DNA of 57,531 nt, taken from contig BFEA01000027.1 of assembly GCA_003427395.1 (NCBI GenBank), positions 4,468,760 to 4,526,290 on the forward strand, given 5' to 3'. Below, piece by piece: positions 37,800 through 48,830 of this stretch (position 1 is the stretch's first letter; each line of letters opens with the position of its first letter). Origin of the DNA: Chara braunii (taxonomy: Eukaryota > Plantae > Charophyceae). The position numbers and the translations under genes were made by a program. The notes beneath the pieces were generated by a model, which had not been told where the DNA came from, searched no databases, and worked only from the letters and a program-made list of their open reading frames with translations.

Positions 37800-37975
37800 T
37801 TCCATGTCAACTACCTGCCGTTCAGCGCACCTGGTCAACTACCAACCACTTGGTGCACCGTGTCAACTATACCAACCGCTTGGTGCACCTGTTCAACTAC
37901 CAACCGCTTGGTGCACTGTGTCCACTACCAAACGCTTGGTGCACCTGGTCAACTACCAACCACTTGGTGCACCAC
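37800..37975 (+). repeat. ~27-bp minisatellite
   Basis: About six copies of GTCAACTACCAACC(A/G)CTTGGTGCACC. Confidence 0.85.
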
Positions 37976-38227
37976 CGTGACACATCTCACCATCTAGTAT
38001 CTACCACTTTTACCTTCAGTATTGCATGCGCATGTGTCATCCCAAAGAGCTGCCAAGTGAACCTTGGCAGAACGACGGGAGACGAAATCAAAGGACTGGG
38101 TGGCTATGAAAGACTGCTCTGAAAGACCTTTGCCAATTCATAAACGTCAAAACAGACAGGAAAACTTAGCGGACACGTGAGCGGAAACGTACCTGGAAAT
38201 AAGAGGTCTGTGGGCGTTGAAACGTAC

Positions 38228-38835
38228 CTGGAAATAAGAAGTTTGCCGGCGTTGTCACAACTCAACTCCTTTGCCAAGGCATCCAAATAGTACTCCGCAT
38301 TGCGCACATTGACGGCCACTTTGATGCTCTCCACATCCCATTGGTCAACACAAGGAATAAAAACCGCTTCAAAGATTGCACGCTCCTTTCCTTTCCCATC
38401 GTCCCCTTCTCCACTGCCATTGCTGCCACTTTGAAATCCACCCTCACCTTGTGACACCATAGGCTCATCAGGAGAACCTACTACCCCCTCTGAGTCTCTT
38501 GACAAATCCGTCGCGCCAACTTGCCCTGCCCACACATTCCTGTAACCCTGCAAGACCTTTGAAAAGAACTCCTGTGTTTCTTGCGAGTACGGTGTGGACC
38601 TCGTTGCTCCCAGCCCATCCTCGGAGAGGGTAATCGCAGGACAAAGTCTGGAGGCCACCTCCTTCACAAGAGCAACAGCCATGCTATAGTCAGCTTCCGC
38701 CGCCCCCGGGTCATAAGCATTACACGCACTGGACAGTTTGTTGTCGAAGGCAACCAGGGCTGAGAACGGAATGCCTGCATTTCGTGCAGCAGCAACTGCT
38801 GTATGCACTCTCAAAGATCCACTTCTTGCATTATG
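38228..38835 (-). CDS. HEN1: HEN1 exon (La-motif-containing domain region)
   Basis: Translation GIPFSALVAFDNKLSSAC...EAVFIPCVD...YYLDALAKELSCDNAGKLLISR matches Arabidopsis HEN1 as recalled (GSVPVSVIATVDAKINSRC...AVYIPCID...HYLDSIAERLGLKDGNQVMISR). Acceptor tttgcag|CAT, donor CCAG|gtacgt. 608 nt, phase 0 to 2. Confidence 0.9.
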
Positions 38836-39763
38836 CTGCAAACCCATAATCAACACCCTACCTCCCACCCCCCGATCCCAGAGAAAGAGAGAGACAAACA
38901 GACAGAAGAAAAAAGAGAGACAGAGCAAGGGGGGGAAAGGCATGTGGTAGAGAGAGAGAGCAAGAGAGAAAGAGACAGACAGGAAGACACCGAGAGAGAG
39001 AATGAGAGAGTCATATCTCTGGAGAAAAAAACATTGGCATCCACTTACCGATTCATCCACTTGCATCCACTCAACTTGAGAAACAAGAACGAAACAAGGA
39101 ACTCGAGAAAGATTATTGCTTTCAGAAAATGTGAGATACCAGTTGTTTGCAACCTGTAATTGACATTAATAAATAATAAATAATAATATTTAAAGTTCTG
39201 TTTTTCTTCTCCAGAAGGAGGTAGCCCCTAACATTATCACATCCATCTGCTTCCATCAGGATTCGAACTCATGATCTGTGACAGGACGAACAGTTCGATG
39301 TGTGTTGCATTCAGCCACGTGGGCTAGGTGAGATTCGAATTTGGAATCTGTATGAATGGACGAAAGTCACAAAACATATCCTGATTCCTGACATGTTTGC
39401 AGGAGGACATCTATCATGGCAAAGAGACTCAGCGATGGTCATGTTTGCAGGACATCTATCGTCAGTCAGACACATTACTCTTCTCCCAACACACTTTCGT
39501 CAGCCAGACGCATCATCTTCAGTCTCCTATAATCACCCACAGTCAGACACATTGCCCTCAGTCAGGAATATACCATCCTTGCCCCCACGGACACAAGTAC
39601 TCGTTCACATTATCCTCAGTCAGACCGCAAGTAGCATTGTTAACAGTTATGAGCGTAGCCAGACAAAGGTTCAATGCAGGAAATGTTACAACAAAACCAG
39701 ACCACAAAAGCAAAAGGGACGGCAGGCACCACGGCAGGTTCTTCTTCAATCACATAGGTGAAA

Positions 39764-39879
39764 TAGAGTGAAGCTCAACAGGGTCTTCTTTCCCCGCCGA
39801 TTCTTCCAAGCCCGTTCCCTTGGCTGCGGTTTCACAGGATGGTAGATAGGGACTGTGGAAATCGAATCTCGTTATTCAC
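39764..39879 (-). rRNA. Fragment (~115 nt) of cytoplasmic LSU (25S/28S) rRNA, non-functional
   Basis: TAACGAGATT..CCACAGTCCCTATCTAC...GAAACCGCAGCCAAGGGAACGGGCTTGGAAGAATCGGCGGGGAAAGAAGACCCTGTTGAGCTT matches the conserved eukaryotic LSU segment. Confidence 0.9.
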
Positions 39880-40508
39880 GCCAGGTTACCTCCACGAAAT
39901 GTCGGAAAATCAGCACACCGAGAAGGCAAAGAGAAAGTCATCACAGTGTGCAACATTCAGAACATGGAAAATTGCATAGTTGCCCCCTTCCAGGTCTTCC
40001 CTCATTTCACGTCCCAAAAGTTTTCATGATTGTGCTTTACTGGCTTCCCAAATCCTTGCACATTCCCCATGTGGAAAACGCCTCCAGCAAATCCACCATA
40101 ATCAAGCATCGTGAGGGTGTAGAAAGAGGGGGGGGAGACCCCGGGGGTGGGGGGGGGGGGGGCAGGGCCACAGCACGGATAGGATAGCAAAGACAAGAGG
40201 AGAGAGGTAATGACAGAAAAGAGGAAAGCTGTGCACAGGCGGCACCGCAATATATAATCCGTGAGGCCCATATCCACTTTCCCCAACCCCACCTCACTCA
40301 GGATAACATGGAACGAGGAATGAAGAAAGATGGCTAACCAATATGTTAACCCCTCTTTCCCAATCAGCATGGGGACACACCAAGGAAGGAAAAGAGGGGT
40401 TACTACTACCCCACATTGACAACTGGCATCTCCGACGCTGACTGGATAAACACAAAAAGGTCTCTAGACTCTAAGAGTGTAAGCCATCACAGCATATCAT
40501 CCAATGTT

Positions 40509-40543
<35 letters not shown>

Positions 40544-41341
40544 ACNNNNNNNNNNNNNNNNNNNNNNNNNNNNNNNNNNNNNNNNNNNNNNNNNNNNNNN
40601 NNNNNNNNNNNNNNNNNNNNNNNNNNNNNNNNNNNNNNNNNNNNNNNNNNNNNNNNNNNNNNNNNNNNNNNNNNNNNNNNNNNNNNNNNNNNNNNNNNNN
40701 NNNNNNNNNNNNNNNNNNNNNNNNNNNNNNNNNNNNNNNNNNNNNNNNNNNNNNNNNNNNNNNNNNNNNNNNNNNNNNNNNNNNNNNNNNNNNNNNNNNN
40801 NNNNNNNNNNNNNNNNNNNNNNNNNNNNNNNNNNNNNNNNNNNNNNNNNNNNNNNNNNNNNNNNNNNNNNNNNNNNNNNNNNNNNNNNNNNNNNNNNNNN
40901 NNNNNNNNNNNNNNNNNNNNNNNNNNNNNNNNNNNNNNNNNNNNNNNNNNNNNNNNNNNNNNNNNNNNNNNNNNNNNNNNNNNNNNNNNNNNNNNNNNNN
41001 AGGTCTGACGTTAGGCACCCCTTTCAGGACTGAATTGTGCCATTCTTACCAACATACCAGGTCTCGTCTCAGCTCTCCAATCTTGCCCTCCCCCCGGCCG
41101 GGTCCTATAGAAACTCTGCCTTTCCTTGTTACACTGCTCTTTATCCTCTTATCCGCCTGTGCCCTCCCTACTCTTCAGTCCTGCCCGTAGTTNTGATATC
41201 TCCCTTCTTGAGTCTTGGAAACCCCGTGCGTCCATCCTCCTCCGGCCTTCGTCTTTTTGTCGCTATCCCCGTTCCTCTTGTTTGCCTTTNCTCCCTGGGT
41301 CAAACTGCCTTNTCGAGGCTTTTCCTCTCTTATCCTGTANC

Positions 41342-44300
41342 CTACCCCTCTTCTGACCCCTGATTTTGTCCTCTCTCTTCTCTCCATTTAAAGCGTAGTT
41401 GTGTACCTTCNATCTCNGCTATCGCCCCCTGACCCAGCGTGTTGTGTTTAAATCTTTTAATTATCTCTTCCTCTTGCCCTGGTTGTTGCCTTGTCTGCTG
41501 CCTCACTCTTTTCCACTGTGCATTGAGATGTACTTCCATAGTCTTGAGGAGCATCTCCCTGGCTTCCCCTCTATTCATTAACGTTCCTTCTATAGTGGCC
41601 TGACACCTCCTCTTCCAAATGATCCACAACCCGTATTGCCTCAGTAGCTGAAACATATGTCTCTGATAGGGTTGCATTCTTTTGGGTACCTCAGCCCCCA
41701 AAAGCCTAGTAACTCTTGAACCTGGAAAGGGAGTGTTCGCCAGCAGTTTCCGAATTCCCTTGCTCCCACATCACCTCCGCCTCCTTGCACTCCAGTAGAC
41801 AGTGTACCAGTGTTTTCGGAAGTCCTTCTTGACACACTCTGCATAGCTCAGCTTCATGGCTTCTCTGGTTGTGACTTCTTCTTTCGTTGAGCCAAACATT
41901 CACTGGCAGCGCCACATGTGCTATCAGCCATTGCATGCTCCTCACTTGCCCCAGTCTTATTGACAAAATATTTTCCCATGGTATGTCTACCATTTGGCTT
42001 CTGGGGACCCCCACCTTTTCCTCCCAGCGCTTGAGTAGAGTAGGTCCCATAGCCAGAGATCTGTTCCTTAGCCTGTAACCTATTCTTGTAGTGTAGTGAA
42101 GGATGTTGATTCTCCTTGCTACTCTTAAATTGTCCCCCTCTAATGTTCCAGGCCCATTCACCAGGATCTACCTCTAGTTCCTCAATTGGAAGCGTTCAAT
42201 TGTACACCGTAAACTCTTCCGTCTCTATCACTCTTACCTTCCGCAACCCCTGTTTAAGAATGTACAGTGGCGCTTTGGATGTGCTATCCAATTGAGACGT
42301 GGTATTGCGTGGCTGTATTATGTTGTATTTGTCTGCTACTAGCCATTCGTTCCTGTCTTTGACCGTATCCCACACTCTGTAGACCTCTTTAGGTTCTGCC
42401 TCATCTTCCCATGTGGCCCAATCCCCCTCCCGCCATTGTCTTTCCCCCCTCAACAACTGTACCCAGGTTGGATGTATGGAGCCTGTGACTACACTCAGGT
42501 TGTCCTGAAGCTTATGANNCCCCTTCAGAATCCTTCTCAATTCGTCAGATGTTTTCCATCTGTTGTTCTTCTCATCCCAAATGTGTTTGATCTGCCATAC
42601 CCCGTGCTCCAACCATCTGCCCCATCTCGAATCTCTACTTGTTAATGTTAGAGGCTTTCCACCAGTGTCTTTAATGCTTGNGTTGCAGAATAGCGGTTGC
42701 CTTAATACCTCCTCTCTTGTGGTAGGCTCTCTTACCCTCGCTGGGAAGACCTCCTTCCACAGCTGTATTAGTTGTAGCCAATAGGCCGAATTTCTGACCC
42801 TCCCTCCTTGTATTCCCCTACTCCCCTCCCTATGGCCTATTTTGGCCCAGTTGCTACACATAATCCAGAATAGCCCCGTCATGTTGCTCGGTGTTTTATA
42901 CCTGGCTATCTGTCTAATCCCATCTAATACAATTGACGTCCATGGTAACCCAGGCTGTGATATTAGTTTGACCACCCATTTCGTTTGGAGCGCTTTCAGC
43001 TGTTGACTTGGGTCAAGAATCCCCAAGCCCCCTTGCCCTTTGGGTCTAGTTACCTGTTTCCAAGCCACCTTGGCTATGAAATGCTCCTTGTTGTGTTTTG
43101 CCGTCCACAAAAAGGCTGCGGCCTTTCTTCTAAGCTGGGCTGACGTGGACTTTGGCGGGGTCCAGATGGACCCCTCATACCACATCATGGAGAAGATTGA
43201 TGCGTTCAAGATCAACGCTCTCCCATATATTGAGGTGTAGACTGCCGACCAAGCACTAAGCTTTGCTAACACCTTGGCCATAATGTCCGCCGCCATTGAT
43301 TGGTGTGCTCCCTCTTCTGTTATTTCGATCCCTACATACCTGAACGGACGTTGTGGCGCCAACCATTGAAGCCCCTCTGGGCTTGTGACCGGAATCTGGT
43401 TTTCTGGGTCTAGTTCTGCTAGCCACCATCCCCACTGTTTTGTGCCAATTAATTTTCATCTCCGAGGCCAGCTGGAACGCTTCCATTGCCCTTGTTAGCG
43501 CCTGAAAGGAGGAGTCTGTTGCTCTGATCAAAACAGTCAAGTCATCTGCGAACAATATCGTCGTGGGGAGTTCGACCATGTGTCCTCTCTGGTCGGACGG
43601 TGTTATTAATCTTTCTATTGATGGATCTTTTCTTAGAAAAGAGGCTATTGCCTCCATTATGAAGAGAAAGATGGGAGCTGCTAAAGGATCTCCCTGCCTA
43701 ACTGACCTTGACATCAAATAGGTCGGAGATAAATGACCATTAACCTGGACTTGCCCTCGCGCGTCGTTGTATAGGACCCTTATCCATTTCCTAAAATTTG
43801 GCCCTACTCCCATTCTTTCCATGCACAGCTGCAAGAAAGGCCAACTGACCTGGTCATATGCCTTTTCAAAGTCGAAAAAAAGAATGGCGGCGTTAATTCT
43901 CTTGTCTCTTATATACCGGACAGATTCTGTTAGGCACATAACATTGTCTAGTATAAACCTACCNNNNNNNNNNNNNNNNNNNNNNNNNNNNNNNNNNNNN
44001 NNNNNNNNNNNNNNNNNNNNNNNNNNNNNNNNNNNNNNNNNNNNNNNNNNNNNNNNNNNNNNNNNNNNNNNNNNNNNNNNNNNNNNNNNNNNNNNNNNNN
44101 NNNNNNNNNNNNNNNNNNNNNNNNNNNNNNNNNNNNNNNNNNNNNNNNNNNNNNNNNNNNNNNNNNNNNNNNNNNNNNNNNNNNNNNNNNNNNNNNNNNN
44201 NNNNNNNNNNNNNNNNNNNNNNNNNNNNNNNNNNNNNNNNNNNNNNNNNNNNNNNNNNNNNNNNNNNNNNNNNNNNNNNNNNNNNNNNNNNNNNNNNNNN

Positions 44301-45821
44301 NNNNNNNNNNNNNNNNNNNNNNNNNNNNNNNNNNNNNNNNNNNNNNNNNNNNNNNNNNNNNNNNNNNNNNNNNNNNNNNNNNNNNNNNNNNNNNNNNNNN
44401 NNNNNNNNNNNNNNNNNNNNNNNNNNNNNNNNNNNNNNNNNNNNNNNNNNNNNNNNNNNNNNNNNNNNNNNNNNNNNNNNNNNNNNNNNNNNNNNNNNNN
44501 NNNNNNNNNNNNNNNNNNNNNNNNNNNNNNNNNNNNNNNNNNNNNNNNNNNNNNNNNNNNNNNNNNNNNNNNNNNNNNNNNNNNNNNNNNNNNNNNNNNN
44601 NNNNNNNNNNNNNNNNNNNNNNNNNNNNNNNNNNNNNNNNNNNNNNNNNNNNNNNNNNNNNNNNNNNNNNNNNNNNNNNNNNNNNNNNNNNNNNNNNNNN
44701 NNNNNNNNNNNNNNNNNNNNNNNNNNNNNNNNNNNNNNNNNNNNNNNNNNNNNNNNNNNNNNNNNNNNNNNNNNNNNNNNNNNNNNNNNNNNNNNNNNNN
44801 NNNCATTAGATAATGCCCAGAGCAGCTCTGGGAATGTTTGTGTGTCTGGATTGTGTTCCTGACACACTTGTAGAATCGCCTGTCTCAGTTCCCGGGTTTT
44901 CAGGAGGGAGTTGTTGATTTTGTAGAACCCCCTACCCCTGCTGATTTGTTTGTCGGGTGACAGACTCAAATGGATAGGTTTGTGATCCAGACCCAATCCA
45001 TACGGTAAGTTACCTATACTCACTGATTGCAACATGCCTATTACTCCGGCCGACGTCAAGAAATAGTCTATTCGGGAAGTCGATACGTGTTGGCTTCAGT
45101 TCCTCTTGCGATAAGTGAATTATCTTTCATCTGGGTAATACAACCTATAGGGATCTATTAGTTCTAGATTTGTCATTAGCCTATGAATCGGTAGTGATTC
45201 TTCTGTCCCCCCCTCCTCCTTTGACCTACCCCCTCCCGATAGCCTGTCCAAGCTGGGATCTAAGGTGGCGTTTCAGTCTCCCACTAGAATCAAATGCCTA
45301 TCCCCCTCTAGGAGCTCTTTCAGCCTTTCGATCAGATCCTCTCTCTGCTGGGAATTATTCGGGCAGTAAACCGAGAGTAACGTGTAGGGTTCTTCATGCA
45401 ACTCAAAGTCGACCTTAACCCATCTACCCTCCTCCTCGTCCACCTTTGCTTCCGTGATGCGAATCCTGTCTGATGCCGTCGCTCTTTGGTTTTGTAGTAA
45501 GACTACACCCGTGGAATGGTTGCTTGCTGCCGGAGCCCACCATGCCGCCTTAACTCCTTGCAGCTTCTTCTCAATCTTGAGCTTCGTTTTCTGGTGCTCT
45601 TCCGAATCCTGAAGATGTGTTTCCTGCAAGCACAAAAAATCTGGTGGTGACAATGTGTACCATCCTGAGTAATTCACTACATTTTGCCATTTGTCACTAT
45701 TCTCTAGAATCGCCACCATCCCATTCACATTCCATGAAGCTATCCTGATTTCTGGTGGACCTGTTCCCCCTTTAGTTCTGCTTCTCTGCTTTCTTGGTCT
45801 CTCTTCCCCACCTCCCTCCAT
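41342..45821 (-). pseudogene. LINE ORF2 (APE endonuclease, reverse transcriptase, C-terminal Zn motif), frameshifted and gapped
   Basis: APE motifs IASWNVNG, LCLQETH, SVYCPN, LILVGD, SRIDYFL, LDHKP. RT motifs GRFILDN, FFDFEKAYDQV, SVRQGDPLA, LFADDL, FRYVG. C-terminal CRVC..TLVHCLLEC and LWIIWKRR. Confidence 0.93.
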
Positions 45822-48800
45822 TAGGTCCCCGTGTTAGGATGCGAATTCTCTTTCTAATTTTCCTTGCTCAGGTATTTGTGAGCTCTAAAACTGTTGCTAC
45901 ATCACTTACCCTCTACTCAAAGAATTCTGGCTTCCAAGCAAAAACCTCCATCTTCACCGCTACCGTTGTACATCTCGCCACCCATTCCGCACCTACTTCC
46001 CCCCCCAGCAGCCCGTAAGGGATGGTCTCCACCACTTGCCAAGGCATCCAGATCAAACCTTCTCTTAATTCAGAATCAGCCTCCATTTGGAGTAGCAGTG
46101 GTCCGAAATCGGTTGTTGCCTCCTCCTCACTGTCCTCCCCCATTGCCATCGGCTCCTCTTCTCCCTCTCTCAATATAAACCCTCTCAATGGCACCTCTCC
46201 CCCTATTAACCTCTGCAGATCTGAGCCTGAGCATTCGTCCATCGGAGTCGTTATCAATTGCAAAGATTGGTTGATAGCCACCTCCCAATCCAAGTGCCTT
46301 GCATTCCATCGACAGGGTAAGACCACTCTCCTCCTCGTCCCATTCTTAATTTCCAGTCGGGCCGCAGCTTCTATCTCCTTCCACTGACCCTTTGCTATTT
46401 TTTGTATGTTCACTGTATCGTCCTCCAACTCCCTGTTCTCATCCTTGAGTAAGTTGACCTGCACCACCAGAATAGCGGCTTGTCTTCTCAGGTCCTGCAC
46501 ATCTTCCTCTTCTCTGTCTCCCTTCTCCTGATCCTCCTCCATGGCTGCATCCTCCATTGAGTCATTCACCCCTTTAGTTATACTGCCTTGCTCTTCTGTC
46601 GTTTGTGCCTTCCGTTTCTTGTCCTCCCTCTTCCTTTCCTTGTTGCGGTATGTCTTTGGCCATTGAAACAACCTCTCATATTCCTCCTGCTGAATGTGGA
46701 TCTCATTTCTTACTGTGCAGCTCTTTCTTGCGTACTGAGATGCATAAAACTCAATGATTTCCCCCTCCGTCCTAAGCAGTTCAAACCTGTTCTCAAATGT
46801 GATGTCCCCCCCTACTTGTGTGGCTTGTTGGAGGTTCCTCAGGTGTTTATGATGGGCCAGCCTGATTTCGCATTCGATCGTCCTTCCCCATTCCAGCTCT
46901 TCCACCTCCTTTATCCATCGTTCTCTTGTCCAATCTTCCACATCTGAATCTTCCTGATCTTCCTCCTCCTCTTCCTCGTCGTCCTCTGATGAGGCTGATG
47001 CGGCTTCGCTCTCTGAATCCTCTGAGCTCTCCCTCTGGTCTTCCTCTGCCTGCAAAATATGATCCACTGTCATGTTCTCAATGTTTTGCATCCCCCTCTT
47101 TCTCGCCCTTTCTCTTACCTTTGCTTCATCCTCCAATGGTCCCTGACCCTGGGTGCCCTGGTCACTCTGAGAACCACTTTTGTCTTCTTCGTGTTGCGAG
47201 GATCCTTCTGGGTTGTCCTTTTCTGTCAAGTCCTCCTCTCCCTCCCCTATCATGCCTGTACCTTCCTTCTCCTGAGCTGTTTCCCTTAGGCTGTGCCAAG
47301 TGAGCCTGAATCTGCTTCCTTTTCCTTCCCCAAGAAACCCCAAGTTTCTTTGCTGGTTCTGCTCTCTTCTTCTTCCTCCTCTGTAGTGGTTCCCCTTCCG
47401 GATTGGGTCTTTTGTCTCCTTCTTCCCTGTTGTGCCTCACTTCCTTGAGTGGTAGACCCATCCTCTCCTCTTGTCACTCCCTTCCTCTTTGTGGATGTGC
47501 TTCCTCTCTCTGTTCCCCCCTTCCCTCCTTGCTCACANTCCATATTGTCCCCTTCATCCTCCTTCATTTCCCTTGACCCCTCCTCCTTGCCTCTTGNCTG
47601 TCCCTGCTGCTGCGCCCTGGCTTCTGCGTTTTCCAAGAATGCCAATTCTGCGTTCTTCCCAACCTCATGTAGTTCCCTCATGAGCTTCAATCTCTGCTCC
47701 ACATCTTGCATTGTTTTTTCTTCCAACATGGGTTTGATTACAAAACCCGTTTCCTTATCCTCCATACGTTTGGCACCTGTGTTCCTCCACCTGCTGTCGT
47801 AAGGAGGGTAGATGTCCGGCTTGACTGTTGGCTCCCCCTTCATCACCCACACCCACTTTGGGTTTTCCAGATTGTCATCAAAGATCCAACCTCTATACTG
47901 TGTTGCATTTATGTACCATACTCCTGGTTTGTTTTCACATTCCTGCATCATCGATTGCTTCAATGCCATCCTTTTCCCCCCTTCTTCTCTTGAGCCCCCC
48001 TGTGGGCATGAAGTACCCAGATGACCTCTGCCCCTGCATTTGAAGCAAAAAGGATTGGTCTTGGCTGAGATGAAAACTGTAACTCTCTGCCCACTTTTCT
48101 TGAAAATCCACTGGTCCGGGAATTTTGGCGGCGCCCCTGACGTTACTTCCAAGCAAGCCACTCTTGCNTCGTGATTTGGTGCCAGGAAGTCCGGGTTGGC
48201 CGGGAGCCACTCGATGATTGGGTTGTTAGGATACTCTGCTTTCAGCCTGCTTTGAACGAAGTTGTGCATCCCTTCTGACAGATTGTCAAACTGAACCCAG
48301 AAGTGGTTTCTCAGCATGGATTGTCTATGTCTTGAAGCCTCCACTTGCGGTGGTCTTGGTGGTTTCCAAGGTTGGATTGTCACCACCGACCCCTTGCATT
48401 TCAGCGATCCGATCGATATCAGGTACTGCGCGTAAGTTGGATCAACGCAGACGATCATGACTGTAAACCTTCCCATCCTTGTGGTATGATACCTCTGGTT
48501 CCTTCCCAAGGACTTCTTCCATGGCTATTAGCCTATCCATCACCCATCTTCTCTTTTCATTCAGAGAGAGCTCCCTACTTCGTCCCGAGAAGTTGAAAAG
48601 CACCGCGTGCTTCTCGTACAACTCATTCAGAGATTGGATATCCTCCTCTGGGTATTCCCACACCTCCACTTCCTCCTCCTTTCCTCCCTCCCCCTTGATC
48701 ACATCCTTTGATACTTTGATCTCCGCCATGATCTGAGTTTTCTCCATCAAGAATTCCATTGCCCTTTGCCCCAAAGTTTGTGGCTTGGCAGCTTCCATCT

Positions 48801-48830
48801 TCGAGCCCGTGCCTGAGTACGATGGCGTCC
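45800..48830 (-). pseudogene. LINE ORF1 (gag-like, CCHC zinc knuckle), frameshifted
   Basis: ORF pieces 48798-48442, 48509-47286 (VTIQPWKP, FWVQFDNL, CFKCRGRGHLGTSC) and 47343-45913. The start is uncertain; coding-like sequence may extend to ~50660. Confidence 0.8.
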
